IMG/VR virus record: IMGVR_UViG_3300033571_018919
Location: 1-64,000 of that record
DNA: 64,000 nt
Direction: 5' to 3' (one strand)
From: an uncultured virus (IMG/VR IMGVR_UViG_3300033571_018919)
Taxonomy: Duplodnaviria; Heunggongvirae; Uroviricota; Caudoviricetes
Under the pieces are notes generated by a model. That model did not search any database and was not told where the DNA came from. It worked only from the letters and a program-made list of their open reading frames with translations. Below are positions 6,584-16,123 of this stretch, piece after piece. Position 1 is the stretch's first letter. Every line of letters starts with the position of its first letter. The translations under genes were made by a program, and so were the position numbers.

Positions 6584-9322
6584 ATGGCTGAAATTAACGA
6601 CGAAAGACTAGAACGGTTCTTCGAACTCATTGGAGATATCAATGAAGCCCTTACAGTTGAGGAGCGTGAAAAGAAACGTTTACAGAAAGAAGCGGATGAG
6701 CGAAGGGCAAAAGTAGTTACTTTGTTCAAGGGATTGGGAGATAGTCTTTCTAATTTTGGTAAAGCAATTTCAAATTCAGACCAAGGATTTTCAAAATTTA
6801 GTGGCAGCGTTAATGCAACTACGGATGCAGTAGCAGGATTCGCCTCAAATATGGGACCAGCTGGAAAGGCTGTTGCGGCATTAACTAAAGTTATTGGCGG
6901 GTTAGTAACTTTAAGTTTTGAGCAAAATGACAAATTGCTTAAAGCTTACCAAGGCTTGAGTAGAATGGGTAGTGTAACTACTGGGGGATTAGAAGAACTT
7001 CAAAGTAGGATGAATAAAATGGGTTACACAAGTGAAAAGGATTATGAAAAATTCCTTGAAGTGCTGAAACCTGTTACCAAAGAAATGGCATTGCTTGGTG
7101 GGTCTGTAACATTTGGTCGAGATAAACTAGAGCAAATTTTTCAAGGTTTTATATCATCAGATAATCAACGTGAAGCTGCCTTAAAAAGATTAGGATATAC
7201 AACAGAAGAATATCAAGCCGGTATCGCAGAATACCTACAACTGCAAACACGATTAGGTATTGCACAAACTAAAACGGTTAAAGATTTAGATAAAGAAGCA
7301 TTTAAATATCTTAGAACAATTAAAGATTTAGAAGAAATTACAGGTTTAACACGTGATGAACAAGCTAAGGCAAGAGAAAAACTTATGTCTGATGCACGTG
7401 CGGATCTATATTATACAAAACTTCAACAAGAAAATAGAGGCAAAGAAGCAGACAACTTTATGAACTTTATGGTATCTTTCAATGAAAGATACGGCGATGA
7501 AGCTGCTCAAGGTCTGCAAGACCTATTAATGAATCAAGGCAGAATAACAACTGATGCCGCCGCCGCAATATTCCAAGCAGCCCCTAATGCTTATCAAGAA
7601 GCACTTAAGGCGATGGATAAAGGTTCAGATTATTTTAATGTTGCTATGAAAAATATCGGTCAGTCCGGTATGAATAGAGTTAAGCAACTTGAAGGCACGT
7701 TTATGCTTCAAGAAAATGTCTTAAAAGATATGGGGTTAAACAATAAATTTGTAATAGGGTCTATGAAGTCTATGGGCATTAACACAGATGCAGCAGCAAA
7801 ACGTAGAGCAGCACTTAATAATATTGAAAAGAAAAACGGGGATATGTTAGAAGATAACATTAAAACCGAACAGCAAATGAGAACTATGAGAATGCTAGCT
7901 GATAATATGTTGATTGAAATTACTAAGCTAGTTACTAAAGCATTCGCATATTTGGTTAAAATTACCTATAAATTAGTCAAATCATTTGCCAAAGCCACCG
8001 ACTGGTTTATGGGTTTAATCGGCAAAAAAACTAACTTTGCAGCAGCATTTAGGGATGAAGAGGACATTGTAGAAGACCTTAAAGCAAGCAATGATATTAT
8101 TTTGGCTAAAGAAAAAATCATATCAGAAAAAGAAAAGCAACTAGCACAAGTAAAAGAAGGTAAAAAAGTTGGATATGAAGCGGTACAAGATACATTTACC
8201 GAAGAAAGAAGTCTATTTGACAGATTGAGTCGTGCAAAAACAGATGCAGAAAAAGATGAAATTAAAAAACTAATTGAATATAATTATAAATTACGAACTT
8301 TTTATCAAGACTTTGTTAATAAAAATGCTAAAGAACAAAAAGAAATTTTAGAAAAAGATTTAGAAAATGAAAAAAAATTACTAGATGCTCAGAAAAAGAA
8401 AAGTGAAGATTTAAAAAAAGAAAAAGTTAAAATTATTGATCAAGAAAAACAGTTAGATAGGTATGTTACAGGCGATTTAACAGTTGAGGGCGGGCAATTG
8501 CCTTCCACTGCAGTGGGAGGAAAGGAAAAAGAAAAATTAGGTTACAATGCGGCAGGACAAAGAGTAGATGAAGCTACTATGAAAAAACGCACATCAGCCG
8601 CAGAAGGATTAAAACTTACTACAAAAACTGAAGCAAAAGATATTATAGAAAGGCTAAACAAAAAAGGTTCTTTTGGTACTCAAAAACAATTTGAAGAAAG
8701 AATTGGGGGAGGTGATGCAGACCCGGCTTTAGTATCATTAGCGGATAAAATTATATCAAGATTTGGTGGGACAATAACTGCGCTCAACGACAAATATCAT
8801 TGGAAAAAATATGATCCAAAAACAGGTAAAGATTATAGTAGACACTTAGAAGGTAAGGCTCTTGACTTTGTATTACCTTTTCAACCTACAAAAGAAGATA
8901 TTCAGAGAATACGTGAAGAACTAAAAGATTTGGGAGCCAGCAGAGTACATGATGAATATTTTGAAGATACGTCTGGATCTGGTAGACATCTGCACGTTGA
9001 AGTGGCTAAGTATGGTGGACTGTTTAGTGGACCTGACAAGGGATATCCAGTAATGTTGCATGGAAAAAATGAAAGCGCATGGCCAGAAGCTCAACTAAAA
9101 TCTTTGTTGAAAGATGTACAAAAAAGTAGTTTAGCACAGTACAAAAATCAATTAATGAGTGAAATGGGTTTATCAACATCTACCACTGATATGGGTACAG
9201 GAACAGATAACAAATTAGTCTCTGCATTTACTAATTTTTCAAATAAATTAGACGATGTTATTAATCGTCTAGAAAGGTCTAATAGTATACAGGATGAATT
9301 ATTAACGTACACTAGAGCCTAA
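6584..9322 (+). CDS. Tape-measure-like protein with a C-terminal M15-like Zn peptidase domain
   Basis: Long helical/coiled-coil A/K/E-rich body. SRHLEGKALDF ... HLHVE fits the H-x6-D...HxH zinc motif. GGLFSGPDKGYPVMLHG..E is typical of tape-measure C-termini. Adjacent to the gp26-like gene. Confidence 0.7.
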   Translation: MAEINDERLERFFELIGDINEALTVEEREKKRLQKEADERRAKVVTLFKGLGDSLSNFGKAISNSDQGFSKFSGSVNATTDAVAGFASNMGPAGKAVAALTKVIGGLVTLSFEQNDKLLKAYQGLSRMGSVTTGGLEELQSRMNKMGYTSEKDYEKFLEVLKPVTKEMALLGGSVTFGRDKLEQIFQGFISSDNQREAALKRLGYTTEEYQAGIAEYLQLQTRLGIAQTKTVKDLDKEAFKYLRTIKDLEEITGLTRDEQAKAREKLMSDARADLYYTKLQQENRGKEADNFMNFMVSFNERYGDEAAQGLQDLLMNQGRITTDAAAAIFQAAPNAYQEALKAMDKGSDYFNVAMKNIGQSGMNRVKQLEGTFMLQENVLKDMGLNNKFVIGSMKSMGINTDAAAKRRAALNNIEKKNGDMLEDNIKTEQQMRTMRMLADNMLIEITKLVTKAFAYLVKITYKLVKSFAKATDWFMGLIGKKTNFAAAFRDEEDIVEDLKASNDIILAKEKIISEKEKQLAQVKEGKKVGYEAVQDTFTEERSLFDRLSRAKTDAEKDEIKKLIEYNYKLRTFYQDFVNKNAKEQKEILEKDLENEKKLLDAQKKKSEDLKKEKVKIIDQEKQLDRYVTGDLTVEGGQLPSTAVGGKEKEKLGYNAAGQRVDEATMKKRTSAAEGLKLTTKTEAKDIIERLNKKGSFGTQKQFEERIGGGDADPALVSLADKIISRFGGTITALNDKYHWKKYDPKTGKDYSRHLEGKALDFVLPFQPTKEDIQRIREELKDLGASRVHDEYFEDTSGSGRHLHVEVAKYGGLFSGPDKGYPVMLHGKNESAWPEAQLKSLLKDVQKSSLAQYKNQLMSEMGLSTSTTDMGTGTDNKLVSAFTNFSNKLDDVINRLERSNSIQDELLTYTRA

Positions 9323-9325
9323 TAG

Positions 9326-9332
9326 ATAAATA
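9326..9332 (+). promoter_or_regulatory. Late promoter (ATAAATA)
   Basis: T4 late-promoter core TAAATA in the short intergenic gap, 6 nt before the portal ATG. Confidence 0.65.
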
Positions 9333-9338
9333 TAAATC

Positions 9339-11117
9339 ATGTCATATAAAAAGCGTTTTACTAATTTAACAGGTCAACTAAGTCCCATATCCGGTGGTAA
9401 CAGTAATATTGGTGCATGGAACGGTGCTGGTTATAATCAAACACCTACAGGTGGTTGGAACAATGATCAATTTGGGTATAAAAATTATCAAAGCCGTTTA
9501 CCAGAAGTTTATACAGGGCATCCTAATCGCATCGAACGATATAACCAATATGAAATGATGGATGTAGACGCAGAAATTAATGCGTGTTTAGATATAATTG
9601 CTGAGTTTAGCACACAGAAAAATTTACAGAATAATACCCCTTTTGAAATAGAATTTCGTGACGATCCTACCCCACATGAAGTTGACTTAATTAAGAAGCA
9701 ATTACAACAATGGTGCAAATTAAATGAATTTGATACCAGAGCATTTAAAATTTTTAGAAATACAATCAAGTACGGAGATCAAGTTTTTATAAGAGATCCC
9801 GAAAATTTTAAATTATATTGGGTAGACATGACCAAAGTTAGCAAAGTAATTGTTAACGAAAGTGAAGGTAAAAAACCTGAACAATATGTCGTAAAAGATA
9901 TTAATCCAAACTTACAAAACTTAAGTATAGCAGAAAAAACGACAACAGATTTTCAAGCACAACCACCAACTGCTGGATATTCAGCGCCCTATAGTTATAC
10001 AGTCCCTAACGAACCATATGGTACGACTGGTAGCAGATTCAGTTTAGGGTTGAATGAAGCCGCAATTGATGCTAAACATATTGTGCATTTAAGCTTAACC
10101 GAAGGGCTAGATCGTTACTGGCCTTTTGGTCAGAGCATACTTGAAAACATTTTCAAAGTCTACAAGCAAAAAGAATTATTAGAAGATGCAATATTAATAT
10201 ATCGTATTAGTCGTGCGCCCGAACGTAGAGTTTTTAAAATTGATGTTGGTAACATGCCAAGTCATATGGCCATGGCTTTTATCGAAAGAATTAAAAACGA
10301 AATACATCAACGTAGAATACCAAGTGTACAGGGTGGTCAATCTGTACTAGATGCTACCTATAATCCATTAAGTATTAACGAAGATTACTTTTTCCCAGTT
10401 ACTGAGGGAGGCAGAGGTAGTGATGTAACTACATTGCAAGGTGGACAAAACTTAGGTGAAATTGACGATTTACGTTATTTTAATAATAGATTAGCACGTG
10501 GTTTACGTGTACCAAGTAGTTATTTGCCTACTGGGCCTGAAGATAATCCTACACCACTTAGTGATGGTCGTGTTGGTACAGCTATGATTCAGGAATTTAG
10601 ATTTAACGAATATTGCAAACGTTTACAAAACTATATTAGTCAAAAATTAAATGACGAATTTAAACTCTTTATGAGATGGCGTGGACTTAATATCGATTCT
10701 AGTTTATTTGATATTAAGTTTGGAGCCCCGCAAAACTTTGCTGCTTACAGACAAAGTGAATTAGATACCGCTAGAGTAACTGTTTTTCAAACAATGGAAG
10801 CATTTCCGTATATTAGTAAACGATTTGCAATGCAACGTTTCTTAGGATTAACCGAAGAAGAAATAGAAGAAAATAGCAGACTTTGGTTTGAAGAAAGAGA
10901 AAAACCAGAAGACCAAGAAGCGTCAGGTGGTGACTTAAGAAGTATTGGTATTAGTGCAGGTGACCTTGAATCTGATACTGAAACCGCAGAAAATCTACCT
11001 AATGAGGAAGAACAAATGGGGCAAATGCCTCCGGAAATAGGACCTGCAGTTGCTGGTCCAGAAGCAGCACCGGCAGCCGGTGGCGGTGCACCTCCTCCCC
11101 CGCCTCCTCCGGTATAA
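9339..11117 (+). CDS. gp20: Portal vertex protein
   Basis: LEDAILIYRISRAPERRVFKIDVGNMP, EDYFFP, TLQGGQNLGEIDDLRYF and LRVPSSYL are T4 gp20 family motifs. Confidence 0.96.
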   Translation: MSYKKRFTNLTGQLSPISGGNSNIGAWNGAGYNQTPTGGWNNDQFGYKNYQSRLPEVYTGHPNRIERYNQYEMMDVDAEINACLDIIAEFSTQKNLQNNTPFEIEFRDDPTPHEVDLIKKQLQQWCKLNEFDTRAFKIFRNTIKYGDQVFIRDPENFKLYWVDMTKVSKVIVNESEGKKPEQYVVKDINPNLQNLSIAEKTTTDFQAQPPTAGYSAPYSYTVPNEPYGTTGSRFSLGLNEAAIDAKHIVHLSLTEGLDRYWPFGQSILENIFKVYKQKELLEDAILIYRISRAPERRVFKIDVGNMPSHMAMAFIERIKNEIHQRRIPSVQGGQSVLDATYNPLSINEDYFFPVTEGGRGSDVTTLQGGQNLGEIDDLRYFNNRLARGLRVPSSYLPTGPEDNPTPLSDGRVGTAMIQEFRFNEYCKRLQNYISQKLNDEFKLFMRWRGLNIDSSLFDIKFGAPQNFAAYRQSELDTARVTVFQTMEAFPYISKRFAMQRFLGLTEEEIEENSRLWFEEREKPEDQEASGGDLRSIGISAGDLESDTETAENLPNEEEQMGQMPPEIGPAVAGPEAAPAAGGGAPPPPPPPV

Positions 11118-11120
11118 AAG

Positions 11121-11127
11121 ATAAATA
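11121..11127 (+). promoter_or_regulatory. Late promoter (ATAAATA)
   Basis: TAAATA core 5 nt before the ATG at 11133. Confidence 0.6.
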
Positions 11128-11132
11128 TCTTT

Positions 11133-11357
11133 ATGAAGTTATTTGAAATGTACGATGCCCCTGTCCAAGGATACCAAGATCCCGCAGAAGATCAAAGTAA
11201 ATATAAATGGACAGAAACTAGAAAAACCAAACTTACGCTAAGACAGATACGTAAGTTGCGTAAAATGCTGGATGTTCGTAATTATGAACAAGCCAAAAAT
11301 CTCAAAAAAATCCGCAAGCAGTACACCCCCGCACAGCCTGAAACCCCAGGATTATAA
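11133..11357 (+). CDS. Small basic head-module protein
   Basis: 74 aa, MKLFEM start, RKTKLTLRQIRKLRKM motif; lies between the portal and the core protein. Confidence 0.7.
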   Translation: MKLFEMYDAPVQGYQDPAEDQSKYKWTETRKTKLTLRQIRKLRKMLDVRNYEQAKNLKKIRKQYTPAQPETPGL

Positions 11358-11417
11358 TTTATTTGTAACAAAAGTGTAAAAAAATAGCACTTATTACAGT
11401 GTTTTATAGTATATTGT

Positions 11418-11424
11418 GTAAATA
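11418..11424 (+). promoter_or_regulatory. Late promoter (GTAAATA)
   Basis: TAAATA core upstream of an AGGAG Shine-Dalgarno and the ATG at 11459. Confidence 0.55.
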
Positions 11425-11458
11425 TACTACAAGCCATTTTTTATCAGGAGAAAAAACA

Positions 11459-12295
11459 ATGGATAACAAAAAATTTGAACAGCTTATTGATTTGATTATC
11501 AATGAGGACGAAGAAAAAGCACGTGCATTATTTCACGATATTGTTGTAGAAAAAAGTCGTGAAATTTATGAACACATGATGATGGATGAAGAAATGGTCG
11601 ATAGTCCTGTAGAAGGTCTATTAGACGAAATTTCTGCCGAAGAAGAAGGCATGACCGAAGAAGATGAAGAAATGGTTGACATCGATGTTGACGACGGCAT
11701 GGGCGACGAAGGCGAAATAGATATGGATTCTGACGACATGGGAGATGAAGAATCAGAAGGTGATTTGGAAGACCGTGTTGTTGATTTAGAAGATAAGCTC
11801 GATGAATTAATGGCTGAGTTTGAAGAACTAATGGGTCAAAGTGATGACGATATGGGTTCTGATGATGAAGAAATGATGGAAGCATCAGAAGATGATGAAG
11901 AATCACTTGAAGAAGCCAAAGAAGAAGATGATGATGAAGAAGAAACATTAGAAGAAGCTGTTCAGTTACAGAAAGTTTCTGTAACACATGGTGACAATGG
12001 TCAAAATACCAAAAGCCCAGTAAGCGGTGGACCTAAAGTTTCTGGTAACGGCGCAAGCGCAGCTAACTTGAACAAAGGTGGCGACGGTGGTAAAGGTGGT
12101 ACACAGGGTGGTTTGTTAAATCCTGCTACTAAAGATTTACCAGGCGCAGGATCATTTAAAAACGCACCTGGTGCAGGAAAGTTTAATGAAAAGGGTGAGG
12201 CAGCACCAAAGCCAAAGCATGGTGATGACGGCTCAAATTCAAAAAGCCCTGTAGCAGAAAGCAAAAAGATTGTAAAGAAAATCATTAAGAAGTAA
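11459..12295 (+). CDS. Highly acidic prohead core / internal protein
   Basis: D/E-rich centre and G/K-rich tail, located between portal and protease. Start revised to the ATG at 11459 (AGGAG upstream). Confidence 0.7.
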   Translation: MDNKKFEQLIDLIINEDEEKARALFHDIVVEKSREIYEHMMMDEEMVDSPVEGLLDEISAEEEGMTEEDEEMVDIDVDDGMGDEGEIDMDSDDMGDEESEGDLEDRVVDLEDKLDELMAEFEELMGQSDDDMGSDDEEMMEASEDDEESLEEAKEEDDDEEETLEEAVQLQKVSVTHGDNGQNTKSPVSGGPKVSGNGASAANLNKGGDGGKGGTQGGLLNPATKDLPGAGSFKNAPGAGKFNEKGEAAPKPKHGDDGSNSKSPVAESKKIVKKIIKK

Positions 12296-12311
12296 TTAGG
12301 ACCTGAAAATA

Positions 12312-12944
12312 ATGGCTGCATACCTAAAAGAAAACCTAACTTTCGACCGCGCTCAAATGGTGGTCGAAAGTGAAGGTGAGGGTAATAAAAAGAGTCTTTT
12401 TATGAAAGGCATTTTTATTCAGGGAGGTGTACGTAATGCAAATGAACGTGTATACCCTGTTAATGAAATAGAAAAAGCTGTTGTAACACTTAATGAACAG
12501 ATAGGCGAAGGTCTTTCTGTGTTAGGTGAAGTAGATCATCCAGATGATTTAAAAATTAATTTAGATCGTGTTAGTCACATGATTACAAACATGTGGATGG
12601 ATGGTGCTAATGGGTTTGGAAAGTTAAAGATTTTGCCTACTCCAATGGGAGAACTTGTTTCTACTATGTTACAGAGTGGTGTAAAGTTAGGTGTAAGTAG
12701 CAGAGGAAGCGGCAACGTAGATGATGCTACAGGTAAGGTAAGTGACTTTGAAATAGTCACTGTGGATATTGTCGCACAGCCTAGTGCGCCTAATGCATAT
12801 CCAAAAGCAATTTATGAAGGTATGATGAATATGCGTCATGGTCATAAAATGTTGGATATCGCTAAAGATGCACAAAACGACAAGAAAGTACAGAGATACC
12901 TGAAGGACGAAGTGGTTCGTCTTATCAAGGATCTCAAACTATAA
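12312..12944 (+). CDS. gp21: Prohead core protease
   Basis: GIFIQGGVRNANERVYP, LGEVDHP, INLDRVSH, LGVSSRGSG and DIVAQPSAPNAY. Confidence 0.95.
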   Translation: MAAYLKENLTFDRAQMVVESEGEGNKKSLFMKGIFIQGGVRNANERVYPVNEIEKAVVTLNEQIGEGLSVLGEVDHPDDLKINLDRVSHMITNMWMDGANGFGKLKILPTPMGELVSTMLQSGVKLGVSSRGSGNVDDATGKVSDFEIVTVDIVAQPSAPNAYPKAIYEGMMNMRHGHKMLDIAKDAQNDKKVQRYLKDEVVRLIKDLKL

Positions 12945-12956
12945 GGGGAATTAAGC

Positions 12957-14060
12957 ATGTTTGATGCTATTAAACCATTGCTAGAATCTGGCATCATTAA
13001 CGAAGAAACCAGCCAAGCTATAAACGAAGCCTGGGAATCTAAGTTATTTGAAGCCCGTGAGCAAATTCGTGGAGAACTGCGTGATGAGTTTGCACAGCGT
13101 TATGAACACGACAAAAATATAATGGTTGACGCCCTTGACAAAATGGTAACAGAAGGTTTATCAGCAGAAATTGAAGAATTTAATGCTGAAAGACAGGCAA
13201 TGAACGAAGACCGCGTAAAAGCAAAACAAAAGCTACGTGAAAACGCAGCTAAGTTCAATAATTTTATGGTTGAAAAACTAGCAGAAGAAATTAAAGAACT
13301 ACGTTCTGAGCGCAAACTACAAGTAGAAAGTCAGCAAAAGCTAGAGCAATTTATTGTTCATGCTCTTGCACGTGAAATCAAAGAATTTGCACAAGACAAA
13401 CAAGCTGTAGTTGAAGCTAAGGTCAAGTTAGTTGCTGAAGGCCGTAAGCAACTCGAAGCACTAAAGGCAAAATTTGTTAGTGAAAGTGCTAAGAGACTTA
13501 ATGTTGCTGTTGCGTCACAATTAAAAGGTGAAATAAGTCAACTAAAAGAAGATATCAAAATTGCACGTGAAAACGATTTTGGTCGTCGCATCTTTGAATC
13601 CTTTGCTAGTGAATATAGTGGAACTTATCTTAACGATAAGGCAGAAACACGTAAACTACTAGTACAAATGGATGAGAAGGAACAGCAATTAGCTGAAAGT
13701 ATTAAGCAAATGAATGAAGCTAAGAAATTAGTGGAATCAAAAGAACGTGAAGTACGTATTATTAAAGAAAATAACCAACGTCAGAAGGTTATGGATGAAT
13801 TACTTTCTACATTAAATGTAGAAAAGGCATCAATAATGCGTGACTTACTAGAAAGCGTCCAAACACCTCGTCTACAGGTCGCTTTTGATAAATATCTCCC
13901 AAGTGTTTTGAATACAATTACAGAAAAGAAAGAGACTAAAAAACCTGTTCTTACTGAAAGTGTAAAAGAAATTACTGGGGATAAAACTGCCGTGACACAA
14001 CATGTTGAAAGCGAAGAACGTGATAACGTTATTGAGCTTAGACGTTTGGCAGGGCTTTAA
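12957..14060 (+). CDS. gp22: Prohead core scaffold protein
   Basis: Coiled-coil E/K/A-rich protein between the protease and the capsid gene; GGGG Shine-Dalgarno. Confidence 0.85.
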   Translation: MFDAIKPLLESGIINEETSQAINEAWESKLFEAREQIRGELRDEFAQRYEHDKNIMVDALDKMVTEGLSAEIEEFNAERQAMNEDRVKAKQKLRENAAKFNNFMVEKLAEEIKELRSERKLQVESQQKLEQFIVHALAREIKEFAQDKQAVVEAKVKLVAEGRKQLEALKAKFVSESAKRLNVAVASQLKGEISQLKEDIKIARENDFGRRIFESFASEYSGTYLNDKAETRKLLVQMDEKEQQLAESIKQMNEAKKLVESKEREVRIIKENNQRQKVMDELLSTLNVEKASIMRDLLESVQTPRLQVAFDKYLPSVLNTITEKKETKKPVLTESVKEITGDKTAVTQHVESEERDNVIELRRLAGL

Positions 14061-14091
14061 TATAAAGACATATAATTTAGGAGAAATATAA

Positions 14092-15294
14092 ATGTCACAA
14101 GTTCTATTAGAAAACCGTTGGGACGAGACCAAAGAAGCCCTACTTGAAGGTCTTAAAGGTACTCGCCGTTCAACAATGAGTGTTATCTTAGAAAATACTC
14201 GCAAGCAGTTACTTTCAGAAAGTTCTGCAGGTACAACAACCGCTGGTAATATTGCTACACTAAACCGTGTAATTCTACCAGTTATTCGTCGTGTGATGCC
14301 AACAGTTATCGCTAACGAATTAGTCGGTGTTCAGCCAATGACTGGCCCAGTTGGTCAGATTCATACACTACGTGTACGCTATGCACAGTCATTAACTGAC
14401 AACAGCGCAGCAAACACAAGCGTAACAGCAGGTGAAGAAGCATTAAGCCCATTCAAGATTGCTCAAGCTTACTCACGTACACCAGGTGGTGCAGCTAACC
14501 CAACAGTAACAAGCTACACAGCTAATGATACTGCTGCAATGGAAGGCAATGGCGGTCGTCAAATCAGCGTACAAATCTTACGTCAGGCTGTTGAAGCTAA
14601 GTCACGTAAGTTACAAGCACGTTGGACATTTGAAGCAGCACAAGATGCACAAAGTCAGCATGGTATTGATGTTGAAGCAGAAATTATGGCAGCACTTGCT
14701 CAAGAAATTACTGCTGAAATTGATCAAGAAATTCTATTAAGCCTATCAACATTGGCTTCAACTGAATTTACATTCAACCAAGCTACTGTATCTGGTACTG
14801 CTACATTCGTTGGTGACGAACATGCTGCTTTAGCAGTTCTAATCAATCGTGTTGCAAACTTGATCGCACAACGTACTCGTCGTGGTGCTGGTAACTGGGC
14901 AGTTGTTTCCCCAGCAGCATTAACCGTACTACAGAGTGCTACAACTTCTGCATTTGCACGTACAACAGAAGGTACATTCGAAGCTCCAACAAATACTAAG
15001 TTCGTTGGTACACTAAATGGCGCAATGCGTATTTTTGTTAATACATATGCACCAGATACACAACCAGTATTAGTTGGTTACAAAGGTTCAAGCGAAACGG
15101 ATGCAGCAGCATTCTACTGCCCATATATTCCATTAATGAGCAGCGGTGTTGTTCTAGATCCATCAACATTCGAACCAGTAGTTAGCTTTATGACTCGTTA
15201 TGGTTATATCGAGTTAACAAATACAGCGTCATCATTCGGTAACGCTGCTGACTACTTAGGTGAGATTGCTGTTCAGAACCTAACATTCCAATAA
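14092..15294 (+). CDS. gp23: Major capsid protein
   Basis: VIRRVMPTVIANELVGVQPMTGPVGQI, SRKLQARWTFEAAQD, EITAEIDQEI, FYCPYIPL and TRYG. Strong codon bias and AGGAG Shine-Dalgarno. Confidence 0.97.
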   Translation: MSQVLLENRWDETKEALLEGLKGTRRSTMSVILENTRKQLLSESSAGTTTAGNIATLNRVILPVIRRVMPTVIANELVGVQPMTGPVGQIHTLRVRYAQSLTDNSAANTSVTAGEEALSPFKIAQAYSRTPGGAANPTVTSYTANDTAAMEGNGGRQISVQILRQAVEAKSRKLQARWTFEAAQDAQSQHGIDVEAEIMAALAQEITAEIDQEILLSLSTLASTEFTFNQATVSGTATFVGDEHAALAVLINRVANLIAQRTRRGAGNWAVVSPAALTVLQSATTSAFARTTEGTFEAPTNTKFVGTLNGAMRIFVNTYAPDTQPVLVGYKGSSETDAAAFYCPYIPLMSSGVVLDPSTFEPVVSFMTRYGYIELTNTASSFGNAADYLGEIAVQNLTFQ

Positions 15295-15319
15295 TTCTCA
15301 ATCGGGATGGGAAAACATT

Positions 15320-15342
15320 AAACCGCCGAAAGGCGGTTTTTT
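15320..15342 (+). terminator. Rho-independent terminator after the capsid gene
   Basis: AAACCGCC-GAAA-GGCGGTTT followed by further Ts. Confidence 0.9.
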
Positions 15343-15384
15343 GTTACATACATTGAATGCCAAAACTACAATTGTTAAAAAATG

Positions 15385-15391
15385 ATAAATA
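15385..15391 (+). promoter_or_regulatory. Late promoter for the fibre array (ATAAATA)
   Basis: TAAATA core just after the terminator and before the first fibre gene. Confidence 0.6.
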
Positions 15392-15421
15392 ACTAATAAA
15401 AGAAAATATTTGGAACCATAC

Positions 15422-16111
15422 ATGGCGGCAGACCCATTTAACAGTAAAAGTGGCTACACAGTTGGCATACCTCCAATAGAAGTTATTGATGCTAATGGAA
15501 ATATATATGCTGGTTATGCAGAGATTGGTAACGTAACAATAAGCGGAGACCAGGTTGTTACCGGCACAATTTCAGCAAACTTGTTTACAGGCACTTTCGA
15601 AGGTAATATAACAGGTAATTTTGTTGTACCAGGATTAAACACATATGTAATTTATAATGATAATGGCAATGCAGGAGCCAGTCAGTTTTTTACATTTGAT
15701 AGCGCAGATAAACTTCTTACAATAGATGGCGACCTAGTAGCAAATTCAATTACTTTAGGATCACAAAGTTTAGAATTTTCTACACAAAGAGTATTTTTTG
15801 CAACAACTAACAGTAATGCACCTGATCAGGTATTGTATACGATTAATGCTAATACCATAATTTCTGTTGATTTTACTGTCATAGCGACAGATGCTACAGG
15901 TAACAATAGACAAACAAGTAAATTGTTTGCAAGTATTTTAGGAACTGAAGTCGGATATTACGAAATTGCTACAATTGATGTACCATATTTAGGTCCAGGC
16001 GTAGGCGATTTTGTAGTAAGATATAACGCAGGAAATATTGAACTAACTGTTCAGCCCGTTACATCTTCTTTAGTCGATTATAGAATTATGGTAACAAGTT
16101 ATAAAGAATAA
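15422..16111 (+). CDS. Short virion fibre/structural protein (FN-type N-terminus, C-terminal beta domain)
   Basis: MAADPFNSKSGY start (ATG 15422), NTYVIYND motif, and a C-terminal domain similar to those of the next three genes. Confidence 0.7.
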   Translation: MAADPFNSKSGYTVGIPPIEVIDANGNIYAGYAEIGNVTISGDQVVTGTISANLFTGTFEGNITGNFVVPGLNTYVIYNDNGNAGASQFFTFDSADKLLTIDGDLVANSITLGSQSLEFSTQRVFFATTNSNAPDQVLYTINANTIISVDFTVIATDATGNNRQTSKLFASILGTEVGYYEIATIDVPYLGPGVGDFVVRYNAGNIELTVQPVTSSLVDYRIMVTSYKE

Positions 16112-16123
16112 GGAAAACAAAAA

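Noticed and set aside
11060..11117. GC-rich patch at the end of the portal gene
   Set aside because: Explained by an Ala/Gly/Pro-rich low-complexity tail (APPPPPPPV).
11386..11405. Weak hairpin AGCACT-TATTAC-AGTGTT followed by Ts
   Set aside because: Too AT-rich and short to call a terminator without comparative data.
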